Below, in pieces: positions 18,930 through 30,082 of a stretch of DNA of 64,000 nt. The position numbers and the translations under genes are program-made. Source of the DNA: an uncultured Erysipelotrichaceae bacterium (GTDB lineage: Bacteria; Bacillota_I; Bacilli_A; RF39; UBA660). The notes below the pieces were generated by a model that saw nothing but the letters and a program-made list of their open reading frames with translations, ran no database searches and was not told the DNA's origin. The stretch is taken from assembly GCA_902800945.1 (NCBI GenBank), contig CADCFX010000002.1:682-64681 (forward strand), read 5' to 3'. Position 1 is the first letter of the stretch; every line of letters starts with the position of its first letter.

Positions 18930-19679
18930 CTAAATGTCAAAAATCTCCTTAATATTATTTTCCGTAATACTAGCAATCTCTTCTTCACTTATATTTAGTT
19001 TTTCAACTAAAAAATTAACAATATCAATTACATGGGAAGGATAATTCTTCTTTCCTCTATAAGGAACAGGTGTTAAATAAGGAGAATCTGTTTCAAGTAT
19101 TATATGTTTAATCCCTATCCTTTTTATCATATCTATAGAATTACAATTTTTAAAAGTTACTACCCCATTAATCCCTAATAAAAATCCCATTTTAATATAT
19201 ATTATAGCTGTTTCATAACTGCCACTAAAACTATGTATTACACCCCTAACTCTATATTTCTTTAAACACTCAATAGTATCTAGAGTCGCTTCCCTACTAT
19301 GAACTATTACTGGCACATTATATCTTTCAGCCAACTCCAATTGTTTTTCAAATAATTCTATCTGTTTTTCCTTATTTTCTTTAGAATAATGATAATCCAA
19401 ACCAATCTCACCTATAGCTACTACTTTATTATCATTTATATGAGCTATAACATATTCTAAATCTTCTTCTTTATAATTATCTACATTCTCAGGATGTATT
19501 CCTATCGCACCATACATCCAATCATAATGCTTTATTTTTTCTAATACTTCCTTATTCGACTTATCATCTATTCCATTATTAATAACCCTGTATATTTTAC
19601 TATCCTTCATCATAACAAATATTTCATCAATATTATCATAATACTCATCAAGTATATGACAATGTGTATCCGTAAACAT
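18930..19679 (-). CDS. tatD: TatD-family metal-dependent hydrolase
   Basis: FTDTHCHI ... GEIGLDYHY ... VIVHSREA ... ETDSPYL. Confidence 0.9.
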   Translation of the reverse strand: MFTDTHCHILDEYYDNIDEIFVMMKDSKIYRVINNGIDDKSNKEVLEKIKHYDWMYGAIGIHPENVDNYKEEDLEYVIAHINDNKVVAIGEIGLDYHYSKENKEKQIELFEKQLELAERYNVPVIVHSREATLDTIECLKKYRVRGVIHSFSGSYETAIIYIKMGFLLGINGVVTFKNCNSIDMIKRIGIKHIILETDSPYLTPVPYRGKKNYPSHVIDIVNFLVEKLNISEEEIASITENNIKEIFDI

Positions 19680-19716
19680 ATTTAATCACCCAATCTATTA
19701 TATAAAAAAAAAAGAC

Positions 19717-20271
19717 CTATTGACTAGACCTATCTTTTGGTACTTTTTTCAAAGAGCCTATCGACGTATACTTTCTCTGAATCCCATTGTATACCACAAT
19801 ATTAGGATCATCATCAGAAACTGTATCTGTTATTGTTCTTTCGGCATTTATTATTCTAATCATAGCATCAAAATAATTTTGAAAACCAGGATAATAAGCA
19901 CCATCAAGAGAAAACATCATTTCTTGTAACTGATAATATAACTCATCTAACGAAATAGGCTCATTATCAATTTCCATATCTCCGCAATCAGTATAAATAT
20001 AGCTTTCCAAACCATTACATGCTGCTACAATGTTGTAGTTTTTATCTAATACAAAACAAGGTGGAACTACTCCAACATTTCCCCACCTAAATACATATGG
20101 AATTAATATCATGTATTTGTATTTTAAAACAATATCAAAAATCGGCATATTGGTCCCGGCCTCACAACATATATTACCATCTATTATAATATTAGGACTT
20201 TTATCTCCCATTAAAAGATGTAATACTTTACCTAAAGTATTTTCTAAAGGATTTTTCTCTCTGTTTCCCAT
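19717..20271 (-). CDS. hypothetical protein
   Basis: 184-aa ORF with no recognisable motif. Confidence 0.5.
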   Translation of the reverse strand: MGNREKNPLENTLGKVLHLLMGDKSPNIIIDGNICCEAGTNMPIFDIVLKYKYMILIPYVFRWGNVGVVPPCFVLDKNYNIVAACNGLESYIYTDCGDMEIDNEPISLDELYYQLQEMMFSLDGAYYPGFQNYFDAMIRIINAERTITDTVSDDDPNIVVYNGIQRKYTSIGSLKKVPKDRSSQ

Positions 20272-20335
20272 AACATTCCACCCCTAACGTCGATTATTCT
20301 ACTAAATTATTATAAAATAATCAACCAAAATCTAA

Positions 20336-21898
20336 CTATTCATCAGAATCGTTCATTCCTGCTAGAGAGGCAGGGCAACATGATGGAAATTTCAAAACTC
20401 TAGCCCCATCTAGATTAGAAGCAGAACTACCATCATCTCCATTATTAAATACCCCTAGTGAAACCAGTCTTTCAAAACGTCTACTATATACATCTATCAT
20501 TTGTTTAATACCTTCAACATAATTCTTACAAGAAAAATCTGTATCTTCATTTAAACCCAATTTTTCAGCAACAACAAAGATACTTGGTTCCCTATTATTA
20601 GATAATTCCCCATAAACATACTGTTCAACATTTCTAATACCTAAAACTATACTAATATATAGAGTTTCATCATATAAATTATCAAACCTCTTACAAATTT
20701 TAGCTAAAAGCATGTTTAGTTCCAAAAACCTCAAAGAATTCCCTGATTTCTCATATTGTTGCTCTCGGTTATTACCAATATCTTTAATTATTTCTAACCA
20801 ACTGCAAAAACTATATATATCCAAAGGATATGGAAGATAACATAAATCTAAAATTAAATCGCCATATTGATTAAAAGCTATAGTAATACCATCATCTCTA
20901 GAAGATACATATACAATAAAACCTATCACACAAATACTATAATTATCGTTTAATCCAAAGCTATCAATAGTAGCAATCATTTTATTATAAGCATCTTTAT
21001 CTTGATAACGTAACAACTCTTCATTATCAAACTTTCTTAAAAATGAATCTAAAGCCTTAAAAGGAGGCAACAATGATCCGTTGTTGGAAATCATCCCGGC
21101 AGCTCCATTTTTCTTCATATACAAACTAATAACATTGTTTAAATATGAAGCATCAAAAGCATCCCAAAAATCATCATAAAAAGAAGAAATACTGCTATTA
21201 ACCTTGTATCTATATTGCTGTTTTAAATACATTTTTAAGGATTCCGCCCCAACAACAAATCTTCCATCATCTTTAGCCATCTCAACATAAGAATAAACAT
21301 AGTCTATTACATCATTAACAAAACATGGCACTTCATCAATTGGTTCTTTACCAACAGTCTTCATATTCTTGTTACAATAATAACCATAATAAAAAGACAA
21401 ATATCTTTCATGAACATAATTTATAAAAGAAATAAGATTAGAGAAATCCTTATCCACATCAGTTAAATTAGTAACACTTTCTTTTCTTGATTCAAGATAA
21501 GCAATATCCGATAATGTTAATCCATCAAAAAAATATGACGTATGAATAATAAATGATCCTTTATTATTACATTGCGCAACGGCTGAAGTGACATCAGGAG
21601 CTAAACTTATCGCTTTCCCACGGCTATCTATTATATAAACTGGCGACATATAATTCTTCATCGAAGATTCACAAGTAAGAGAACAAACAATAATATAGTT
21701 TCCTTGCACCATCCCCATAAAACGAGAATTTCCCTCATTATCAGAATACTCCAAATTACTATAAATTATAGGTTCTTTTAATAGTTTTCTCTCTAACAAA
21801 AATTTTCTTATAGAAAAATCGGCATTTATATTATTAACATTATTCATGAGTATTCCCCCTAACAAAGGTATTATACTATTATAATACTTCTTAAACAA
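20336..21898 (-). CDS. hypothetical protein
   Basis: 520-aa ORF with no recognisable motif. The start may be the internal MNNVNN. Confidence 0.5.
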   Translation of the reverse strand: MFKKYYNSIIPLLGGILMNNVNNINADFSIRKFLLERKLLKEPIIYSNLEYSDNEGNSRFMGMVQGNYIIVCSLTCESSMKNYMSPVYIIDSRGKAISLAPDVTSAVAQCNNKGSFIIHTSYFFDGLTLSDIAYLESRKESVTNLTDVDKDFSNLISFINYVHERYLSFYYGYYCNKNMKTVGKEPIDEVPCFVNDVIDYVYSYVEMAKDDGRFVVGAESLKMYLKQQYRYKVNSSISSFYDDFWDAFDASYLNNVISLYMKKNGAAGMISNNGSLLPPFKALDSFLRKFDNEELLRYQDKDAYNKMIATIDSFGLNDNYSICVIGFIVYVSSRDDGITIAFNQYGDLILDLCYLPYPLDIYSFCSWLEIIKDIGNNREQQYEKSGNSLRFLELNMLLAKICKRFDNLYDETLYISIVLGIRNVEQYVYGELSNNREPSIFVVAEKLGLNEDTDFSCKNYVEGIKQMIDVYSRRFERLVSLGVFNNGDDGSSASNLDGARVLKFPSCCPASLAGMNDSDE

Positions 21899-21906
21899 AT
21901 CTTGCT

Positions 21907-22386
21907 TTATTTATCTTCTGGCTTACCACTCCACCCAGTTCTATCAGTTAATACCTCTTCTTCATCATCAACAGTTAAGTATTTAAAGAATAATCCTTGC
22001 CCAAAAGATTCGCCTTTTTTTACATTAAACTCTTTCTCTCCATGATTTTGCAATGCAAACCACATATGCCCTTCATTATCAGGATTATTATAAAAATCAC
22101 TATCTATTATCCCAACTTGATTACACATTCTAACATTCCATTTAAATCCCATACTACTTCTTACAAATAACATCAAAGTCTCATCAGCAGCAAAATTAGC
22201 TTTTATACCAGTTGGTACTTTCACTATTTCTCCTGGTTTAATACTAATATCCTCTATAGCAAAAAAATCATAACCAGCACTTCTCTTTGTTTTTCTTACG
22301 GGCATTTTATATGTACCATACAATTCTTTATCGTTTTTAATATCTTTAGCAAACCTCTCAAATGATATTTTCTCAAATCTTCTCAT
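21907..22386 (-). CDS. dut: dUTP diphosphatase (trimeric dUTPase family)
   Basis: RSAGYDFFA...IKPGEIVKVPTGIKA...VRSSMG...GIIDSDFY...FGQGLF. The start was set at MRRFEK with RBS AAGGTGGAG. Confidence 0.75.
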   Translation of the reverse strand: MRRFEKISFERFAKDIKNDKELYGTYKMPVRKTKRSAGYDFFAIEDISIKPGEIVKVPTGIKANFAADETLMLFVRSSMGFKWNVRMCNQVGIIDSDFYNNPDNEGHMWFALQNHGEKEFNVKKGESFGQGLFFKYLTVDDEEEVLTDRTGWSGKPEDK

Positions 22387-22438
22387 AATAATCTCCACCT
22401 TACTGAAAATTATATCACAAAAAAAGAACAATAATTTC

Positions 22439-23038
22439 TTATTGTTCAACTTCTTTTAATGAATAAGCTATATCTCTAAACTCAGTACTTAATCTAACTT
22501 TATGATTTTGGTCAGTCCACATTAATACTTGAGTATAATACTTTTCAGTTTCCATAAAATATAGTTGTAAATATACTTTTTCTCCTTGGATATCCAAATC
22601 TTTTTCTACAAATCTAGTATTTATTCCATTTTCATCAGATCTTCTTACTTGATCCTCATCTAAATCATAAGACTTTTTAGCAATTCCAAAAACTACATCA
22701 AACCATGAAGTAAAATCTTTAAAAGCCTCTTTATCTTCACTTATAACTAATAAATACTTATCTTCATTCTTAGTAACTCCAACTAACTCTAAACAAGAAT
22801 CATTATTCATTTTATCCTTTCCTGGATAATTAGCCCATGTATCTGGCGTCTCTAATTGTACATATTTATTATCACAAACAAAAGTTTTCTTTTTTACTTC
22901 TTCCTTCTTTTCTACCTCTTTTGTTTCAACACGTGTTCCTTTCTTAGCCTTTTCTTCTTTTTCTCCACAAGCAGTACACAAGCACATTAATACCAATAAT
23001 ACTACTAGCAATACCTTATTTTTTTTCATTTTCATCAT
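22439..23038 (-). CDS. lipoprotein
   Basis: Signal peptide with lipobox LMCLCTAC-G. Confidence 0.6.
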   Translation of the reverse strand: MMKMKKNKVLLVVLLVLMCLCTACGEKEEKAKKGTRVETKEVEKKEEVKKKTFVCDNKYVQLETPDTWANYPGKDKMNNDSCLELVGVTKNEDKYLLVISEDKEAFKDFTSWFDVVFGIAKKSYDLDEDQVRRSDENGINTRFVEKDLDIQGEKVYLQLYFMETEKYYTQVLMWTDQNHKVRLSTEFRDIAYSLKEVEQ

Positions 23039-26000
23039 ACTCCTCCATAATTTCTTTTTTCACTTCTTCTAATAAAGGTACTAAATAATACAAGAAGTGT
23101 TCTTTTTGATTGAGTAATGTTAAAGCAATAATTACTCGCTCTTTAATATATTTTAACCTAAACCTAGGATTTATTCTATAGGCAATTATAAAAAACTCTT
23201 CCCCCTTCAATCTTTTTGACACATTTGGCGGCAATTCGACTTCTATTTCTCTTTCAGACTGCCTAACTGTATCTATTCCTAGTTCTACAGCTTGCTTTTC
23301 AAACCATTCTTCATACATATATATTTCTATCTCTTTACTAATCTTACCAAATCTATCCTCTAACTCTTTCTTAACTTCAACTAGTTTATTATAACCATCT
23401 ATTTCATTTATCTTTTGATGTATCTCTATTTTTATATCTTCATCAGATACATAATTGTCACTAATATGTGTTTCAACCTCTATTAAGGACTTATTTGGTT
23501 CCTCTTCTTCAGAAGGAACCTCTTCGCCCTTCATTCTACGCATTTCCTCATCAATCATTTGCATATACATTTCAATACCAACAGTATCAACAAAGCCAGC
23601 TTGTTCAGAACCCAACAAATCTCCAGCTCCTCGAATACTTAAATCACGCATAGCTATTCTATAACCGCTGCCCAATTCCGTAAACTCTTTAATTGCCTGT
23701 AATCTTTTAACAGCTACTTCATTTAACATTTTTCTCTTATCATACATCAAATACGCATAGGCTATCCTATTACTGCGCCCAACTCTTCCCCTAATTTGAT
23801 ATAACTGTGATAATCCAAAATTATCTGCATCATATATAATCAAAGTATTAACATTACTAATATCTATACCCGTTTCAATAATAGTAGTACATAGCAATAT
23901 ATCATATTCCTGATTAACAAAAGATTCCATTACTCTTTCCAACTCTTGCTTACTCATTTGCCCATGAGCATAAGTTATCCTCGCTTCAGGAACCAATTGA
24001 TGAATATGATCCATCTTTGATTCTATAGACGCCACTTTATTATATAAAATAAACACTTGTCCATTTCTAGACAATTCCTTATAAATCGCATCTTTTACTA
24101 TCAAATCGTTTTCTTGAATAACATAAGTTTGAACCGGATATCTATTAGTTGGGGGAGTATCAATAATAGATAGATCTCTAAGTCCAGACAAAGCCATCTT
24201 TAAAGTTCTAGGAATTGGAGTAGCACTAAGTGTTAATACATTAACATCATTCTTATATTGTTTAATTTTTTCTTTATGAGATACTCCAAATCTCTGCTCT
24301 TCATCCACTATCAATAAACCTAATTTATTAAACTTAACATCATTAGATAACAATCTATGTGTTCCAAATACCAAGTCAATACTACCCTTTTCTAACCCTT
24401 CTAAAATCCGCTTAGTTTCCTTACTGGAAGTAAATCTGTTTAATAGTGCTATTTCTATTGGATAATTCTTAAACCTTTCTAAAGCATTCTCATATTGTTG
24501 TTTAGATAGTATTGTTGTAGGGCATAAATAAAATACTTGTTTATTATTAACAATGGTCTTAAACATAGCCCTAAAAGCAACTTCTGTTTTACCAAAGCCA
24601 ACATCACCACATAATAATCGATCCATTGGAACAGAAGATTCTAAATCTTTATTAATATCTTCTATAGCCTTCAACTGATCAGCTGTTTCATCATAAATAA
24701 ATTCCGAACCAAAAACAGCCTCTTCCGCATAATCCCTAAAAGGAGTTCCAGAAACGTTGCTACGTGCAGCATAGAGTTTAATTAGCTCTCCACTAATATC
24801 TTTAATTCTCTTCCTTAATTCCCTTTTCTTTTTAATCCAACTTGTACTATTTAATCTATCAAGCTTAGGAACAGCCCCTTCTTTACCAGAATACTTTAAT
24901 ATAGTGCTTATTTTTTCTACAGGAATATATATCTTATCATTTCCCGCATAATTAATTTGTAAATAATCCTTCTTAAGACCGCCTTTAGCCAAAGTTATAA
25001 CACCATTATATATACCTATACCATGTTGACTATGAACCACATAATCCCCTATATTTAATTGCCCAAAATCTTTAATCTTTTTACCAACTTTATAAGAATT
25101 TTTATAATTAATCACCAAATTTTTAGTCTTTTCTATATCATTAGCACTTATAAAAATATACTTATCAAATACAAAACCCCTATTTATCTTCTTATAAAGA
25201 ATATTTATTTCTCTATCTATAAAACTTTCTCTTTTTACAATATGATAACTAGGTAAAAAAGGTACAAGGCTCCTAAATTGCTTTTCATTATTTAAACATA
25301 TAACAACAGTCTTGCCAGATATAATACTCTTCCCACAATACTTCCCTAATAATTCAAAATCACTATTAAAATTATCAATCTCTTGAGATTTAAAACTTAA
25401 TACTTTTCCATAATCATTATCATTTATAGTATTTAAATATATTACATAATTATAAGTAATTTCTTCCCATTCATACATATATTTCTTATTTAAATCATTT
25501 TCTCTATTATAATCCATAATATCATTCAACAGCTTCTCATAAGAAACATCTATCTGATCTTTATTAACAATAAAAAGTAAAGGATCTTCTAAATAATCAC
25601 AGATAGAACTATAACTATCTCCCAATACTTCAACATATGGTTTTAATTCTATTTCATCTATTTCATTAATAGATAACTGACTATTCTCATCAAAATATCT
25701 AACAGATTCTATTTCATCACCAAAAAACTCAATTCTTATAGGATGATCTTCATCAATAATAAAAATATCAATTATATAACCTCTAACGGCATACTCTCCA
25801 GTAATAGTAACCAAACTTTCTCTATTATACCCATATTTATCTAATATGTTTAATAACTCATCTCTTTCTAATCGCATATTTTTAGTAATCTTAAAACTTA
25901 AAACAGAACTATTCTTCTTATCTGGTAAATATCTTAAAAAACCCATTAAATTAGTAACAACAATACTTTTCTTACCAGAGTTAATAATATTCAATGTCTC

Positions 26001-26264
26001 AAGTCTTTTATTCTTCAAATCTGGAGAAATAGCTACCGCTACACTAGTTAAAAAATCATCCATAGGAAATAGACATACATCATCAGTGTACGTCTTAAGT
26101 TGATCATAATAACTATTAGCTTCATATAAAGAATTAGTAACAATTAATATGTTTTTATTCTGTTTCTTAAACTTATTAAGTACATAAAGAATATTAAGTT
26201 CTTTAGTAAGACCAGTAACAGTTAAACCATTTTCATATTTAAACAAACCATCAAATAAGAACAT
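23016..26264 (-). CDS. mfd: transcription-repair coupling factor Mfd
   Basis: 1082 aa with the CarD-like YVVHSQHGIG, superfamily-2 helicase motifs GDVGFGKTEVA and DEEQRFG, and a TRG region. Confidence 0.95.
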   Translation of the reverse strand: MFLFDGLFKYENGLTVTGLTKELNILYVLNKFKKQNKNILIVTNSLYEANSYYDQLKTYTDDVCLFPMDDFLTSVAVAISPDLKNKRLETLNIINSGKKSIVVTNLMGFLRYLPDKKNSSVLSFKITKNMRLERDELLNILDKYGYNRESLVTITGEYAVRGYIIDIFIIDEDHPIRIEFFGDEIESVRYFDENSQLSINEIDEIELKPYVEVLGDSYSSICDYLEDPLLFIVNKDQIDVSYEKLLNDIMDYNRENDLNKKYMYEWEEITYNYVIYLNTINDNDYGKVLSFKSQEIDNFNSDFELLGKYCGKSIISGKTVVICLNNEKQFRSLVPFLPSYHIVKRESFIDREINILYKKINRGFVFDKYIFISANDIEKTKNLVINYKNSYKVGKKIKDFGQLNIGDYVVHSQHGIGIYNGVITLAKGGLKKDYLQINYAGNDKIYIPVEKISTILKYSGKEGAVPKLDRLNSTSWIKKKRELRKRIKDISGELIKLYAARSNVSGTPFRDYAEEAVFGSEFIYDETADQLKAIEDINKDLESSVPMDRLLCGDVGFGKTEVAFRAMFKTIVNNKQVFYLCPTTILSKQQYENALERFKNYPIEIALLNRFTSSKETKRILEGLEKGSIDLVFGTHRLLSNDVKFNKLGLLIVDEEQRFGVSHKEKIKQYKNDVNVLTLSATPIPRTLKMALSGLRDLSIIDTPPTNRYPVQTYVIQENDLIVKDAIYKELSRNGQVFILYNKVASIESKMDHIHQLVPEARITYAHGQMSKQELERVMESFVNQEYDILLCTTIIETGIDISNVNTLIIYDADNFGLSQLYQIRGRVGRSNRIAYAYLMYDKRKMLNEVAVKRLQAIKEFTELGSGYRIAMRDLSIRGAGDLLGSEQAGFVDTVGIEMYMQMIDEEMRRMKGEEVPSEEEEPNKSLIEVETHISDNYVSDEDIKIEIHQKINEIDGYNKLVEVKKELEDRFGKISKEIEIYMYEEWFEKQAVELGIDTVRQSEREIEVELPPNVSKRLKGEEFFIIAYRINPRFRLKYIKERVIIALTLLNQKEHFLYYLVPLLEEVKKEIMEEYDENEKK

Positions 26265-26828
26265 TTAATCCCCCTTGTTTTTTGTATTATAAATATTCAT
26301 TGTTCTATCTATCCCCTGTTTAATAAAACAATTAATAATTTTATTATAAGTATCCTGTAATACCTTAAACTCATCCATTTCTTTCTTAGAAAAATTACCC
26401 AGTACATAATCTTTAGTATCAATACTTCTATCATGAGATATTCCTATCTTTAATCTAGCAAATCCTTTAGAAGACAATCTATTAATTATAGATTTAATAC
26501 CATTATGTCCACCATCACTACTATTAGTTTTGATTTTATAAGTTCCGAATACTAAATCTAAATCATCCTGAATAACCAGTAAATCATCGATATCAATATT
26601 ATAATAATTAATAAATTGAACAACAGAATCACCAGACAAATTCATATACGTTAATGGTTTGACAAATAACACCTTTTCGCCAGCTATATTTTCTTCGTAA
26701 TATTCTGCGTTAAACTTATTCTTCCACTTTACGTCACCCAAATAACTATCCAAAACAAGATAGCCAACATTATGTCGAGTATTATTATATATATCCCCGG
26801 GATTACCTAATCCAACTATTATCTTCAC
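26265..26828 (-). CDS. pth: peptidyl-tRNA hydrolase
   Basis: MKIIVGLGNPG..Y..TRHNVG ... GGHNGIKSI. Confidence 0.95.
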   Translation of the reverse strand: MKIIVGLGNPGDIYNNTRHNVGYLVLDSYLGDVKWKNKFNAEYYEENIAGEKVLFVKPLTYMNLSGDSVVQFINYYNIDIDDLLVIQDDLDLVFGTYKIKTNSSDGGHNGIKSIINRLSSKGFARLKIGISHDRSIDTKDYVLGNFSKKEMDEFKVLQDTYNKIINCFIKQGIDRTMNIYNTKNKGD

Positions 26829-26837
26829 ACTATCACC

Positions 26838-27548
26838 TCACTTAAAAATATTCTTATAAGAATCTAAATATCGTATATCAATCGGAGGAGCTACTTTAAG
26901 AGATCCGATTCGCCCGTTTTTTATAGCTTTAACTAATACCATAATAGCTTCTTTATCAATATTTGAATAAACAAATTGAATCTTCTTAACACCAAAACCA
27001 TACTTATTTAAACAGACAATCAACTCTTCTAAACGATCACATCTATGCACAATATAAAGACTTCCCCTATTTTTTAATAAAAAGCGAGCAGATGTCATTA
27101 TATCATCCATATTCATCTCTAATTCATGCCTAGCAATCGCTTTTACAGGATTGATATTAATCAAAGATTCATCTGATAAAACCTTAAAATAAGGAGGATT
27201 ACAAGTAACTATATCAACACTTTCTGCTTCGAAATATTTACTAATATCTTTTATATTTCCCCGTATTATTTTTATTTTATCATCTAGCTTATTAGTTTTT
27301 ACACTTTCTTCAGCCAATTGAGCAATAGAATCCTGCAATTCTATACCATACATTTTCAAATTCTTCTTAGTAGACATAATTAAAGGTACAGGAGCATTAC
27401 CTGTACAGAAATCAACCATAACCAAGTCACTATTATTTACCTGAACAAATTCAGCTAACAATATAGAATCTAAAGAAAACTTAAAATTTTCTTCATCCTG
27501 ATAAATATAAAGTCCATAATCATACAAATCATTTTTTACTACTGTCAT
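26838..27548 (-). CDS. SAM-dependent N6-adenine methyltransferase (YabB/TrmN6-like)
   Basis: The DFCTGNA and CNPPYF motifs, and its position after ricT as in Bacillus. Confidence 0.7.
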   Translation of the reverse strand: MTVVKNDLYDYGLYIYQDEENFKFSLDSILLAEFVQVNNSDLVMVDFCTGNAPVPLIMSTKKNLKMYGIELQDSIAQLAEESVKTNKLDDKIKIIRGNIKDISKYFEAESVDIVTCNPPYFKVLSDESLININPVKAIARHELEMNMDDIMTSARFLLKNRGSLYIVHRCDRLEELIVCLNKYGFGVKKIQFVYSNIDKEAIMVLVKAIKNGRIGSLKVAPPIDIRYLDSYKNIFK

Positions 27549-28326
27549 TATCTAATTCAATCTCTCTAACTACACCATCAATATCTACTTTATACTTTCT
27601 CTTCAAAATATCTACAGAAACCACTTTACCAAAACCATATTCCGTCTTTAAACTTTGACCGACAGAAGGCATTCCATATTGACAACGAGTGTATTCTTCA
27701 TCTTCATAAGTAAGACAACATAACAATCTTCCACACACTCCATTAATCTTATTAGGATTTAAAGAAATATTTTGATTTTTAGCCATATTCATGGTTACAG
27801 AATCAATATGGGTTAAGAAAGTAGAGCAACACAGAGTTCTTCCACACTGACCTAAACCACAAACCATACGTGCCTTATCTCTTGCTCCTATTTGACGTAA
27901 CTCAATCCTAGTTTTATATACACCGGCTAATCTTTTTGCTAATTCTCGAAAATCTATTCTTTCATCAGCAACAAAATTAAACAACATCTGCTTCTTATCC
28001 AAGGTATAAGATGCATCTATAATATTCATATCTAAACCTAATTCTTCGACTAATTCTCTAGCCTTAATCAATGCCTTATCAGCTAAATTAAGATTCTTTA
28101 AAAAAATGTTATAGTCTTCATCAGATGCTATACGATCTATAGTCTTTAAATTAGAAAGAGAAATCTTTAGTTTATCTTCATCAATTTTTCTAATAACTTT
28201 ACCTAGTTGAACTCCTTTATCAGTATTTACAACAACATATTTATCCATTTCAATGTCTAAATCTAGACCATCAAAATAATAAACTTTACCTTCTTCCTTT
28301 AAAATAACCCCATATATATTATGCAT
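27529..28326 (-). CDS. ricT: PSP1-domain protein RicT/YaaT
   Basis: GLGQCGRTLCCSTFL ... CGRLLCCLTYE Cys-rich PSP1 signature. Confidence 0.8.
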   Translation of the reverse strand: MHNIYGVILKEEGKVYYFDGLDLDIEMDKYVVVNTDKGVQLGKVIRKIDEDKLKISLSNLKTIDRIASDEDYNIFLKNLNLADKALIKARELVEELGLDMNIIDASYTLDKKQMLFNFVADERIDFRELAKRLAGVYKTRIELRQIGARDKARMVCGLGQCGRTLCCSTFLTHIDSVTMNMAKNQNISLNPNKINGVCGRLLCCLTYEDEEYTRCQYGMPSVGQSLKTEYGFGKVVSVDILKRKYKVDIDGVVREIELDNDSSKK

Positions 28327-29164
28327 AAATATTCCTCATTTCCAAAACAAATTTATCTAAAATTAGCTCTATGTTACCATTACTTTGTAAATATTTCAAA
28401 ATAGTTTCAATTAATAATACTATCTTTACTATTATATCATTAGACAAATCACGAAACATTTTAATCTCCAATATCTTATCACCCTTCAAATACGAATGAA
28501 AGAGATACAACATTTCTTTAAAAAAATCAATCCATGTAGATCTATCTTCAAAGAAGAATAGAGCAGTATTTTTATTATACAAAATTGCATTATCATTTTT
28601 ATAAACACTATTTAAGTATTCTACAATATTATCTAAATATTTATAATCCTTACTCTCTTTATCATAATAAATACTATACTCTTGGCATCGACTTCTAACT
28701 GTAGAAATAACATTCATCTTAGAATTAGTAATAAAAAAACCAATAATATTATCCTCTGGCTCTTCCAAAAATTTTAATAAAGAATTAGCACTAGAACTAT
28801 TCAATTTATCACACTGATTAATTATATATATATTATACTTTGAAAAAATAGGCATGGTTTGAAACTTTTCAATTATTTCCTGTATTTGGCCTTTCTTTAT
28901 CTGTGTACCATCGGGATCTATTTTGAGTAAATTAGGTAAATTACTATTATCAATTAAACTGCATAAATTGCAATCTTCTCGAGAACACTCCTCTTTGAAT
29001 TCAAACGGACAATTAATAAACTTAACAAAATTTAATATATCACTATAACATCTATTCAAATCATTAGTTTCAAACAAAAAAGCATGAGACAATCTGTTCT
29101 CACGATGTCTTGATAACAATTTATTAAAAATATCCGCCTCAAACAAGATCTCACCCTCAATCAA
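28319..29164 (-). CDS. holB: DNA polymerase III delta' subunit
   Basis: RLSHAFLFE, LLKFLEEP, and TVRSRCQ. TTG start overlapping the recR stop. Confidence 0.75.
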   Translation of the reverse strand: MIEGEILFEADIFNKLLSRHRENRLSHAFLFETNDLNRCYSDILNFVKFINCPFEFKEECSREDCNLCSLIDNSNLPNLLKIDPDGTQIKKGQIQEIIEKFQTMPIFSKYNIYIINQCDKLNSSSANSLLKFLEEPEDNIIGFFITNSKMNVISTVRSRCQEYSIYYDKESKDYKYLDNIVEYLNSVYKNDNAILYNKNTALFFFEDRSTWIDFFKEMLYLFHSYLKGDKILEIKMFRDLSNDIIVKIVLLIETILKYLQSNGNIELILDKFVLEMRNIYA

Positions 29165-29766
29165 TTATCCGAAATTCTTTTTCTATCATGTAAAGCCCTA
29201 TCCAATGTTATCTCATCTAAAAAATCAATATCGGCTCCCATAGGAATACCATAAGATAACCTAGAAATACTTACCTTCTTTTTTTCCAATTTCTTTTGAA
29301 TATAAAGTGTAGTAGTATCACCTTCCATACTCGATTTTAAAGCAATAATTATTTCTGGATCATCTAATTTATCAATTCTTTGTTCTAAAGAACTAATATT
29401 AATATCTTCAGGATTAATATCATTAATCGGAGATATTAAACCATTTAAAACATGATAAACACCATTAAAATTGCCGGCCCTTTCAAAAGCAAAAACACTT
29501 TTATAATCTTCCAAAACACATATAACATTCTTATTTCTCTTTTCATCAGAACAAATATCACACACTTCTTTATCAGTAATATGACCACATATAGGACAAG
29601 GATGTAAATTAAGTTTTGAATCAAGCATAGAAGCGGCAAAACTATTAACATCGTCGGCAGACATACTAAGAACTGAAAGAGCAAGCCTTTCAGCACTTTT
29701 TTCCCCTATGCCAGGTAACTTCTTAAAATAATAAATTACATTAGCTAGATTACTTGGATAAACCAT
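29161..29766 (-). CDS. recR: recombination protein RecR
   Basis: LPGIGEKSAERLA, the C4 zinc finger CPICGHITDKEVCDIC, and a Toprim region. Confidence 0.95.
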   Translation of the reverse strand: MVYPSNLANVIYYFKKLPGIGEKSAERLALSVLSMSADDVNSFAASMLDSKLNLHPCPICGHITDKEVCDICSDEKRNKNVICVLEDYKSVFAFERAGNFNGVYHVLNGLISPINDINPEDINISSLEQRIDKLDDPEIIIALKSSMEGDTTTLYIQKKLEKKKVSISRLSYGIPMGADIDFLDEITLDRALHDRKRISDN

Positions 29767-30065
29767 TAGAATAATCCACCAAATTGGCTACCATAAGCAC
29801 CTAGTATGTTTTCATTTTCTGCCTTTACCTTACCAATAGCATCATTTATAGCTATCACAGTCATATCTTGAATAACCTCTAAATCATCAACAGTAATAGA
29901 CTCCTTATTCTTAATATCAACACTAACTACTTTCATATCACCAGTAATAACTACATCAACTAGCTCACTAGTTCCATTAAAATTCTTCTTATTTAGCTCT
30001 TCTTTCTTTTTAGTCATTTCCTTTTGCATCTTTTGAGCTTGTTGCATTAAAGCTTGCATATTCAT
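29766..30065 (-). CDS. ybaB: nucleoid-associated protein YbaB/EbfC
   Basis: MNMQALMQQAQKMQKEM... in the dnaX-ybaB-recR synteny. Confidence 0.9.
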   Translation of the reverse strand: MNMQALMQQAQKMQKEMTKKKEELNKKNFNGTSELVDVVITGDMKVVSVDIKNKESITVDDLEVIQDMTVIAINDAIGKVKAENENILGAYGSQFGGLF

Positions 30066-30082
30066 AATATATTCCTTCTTTC

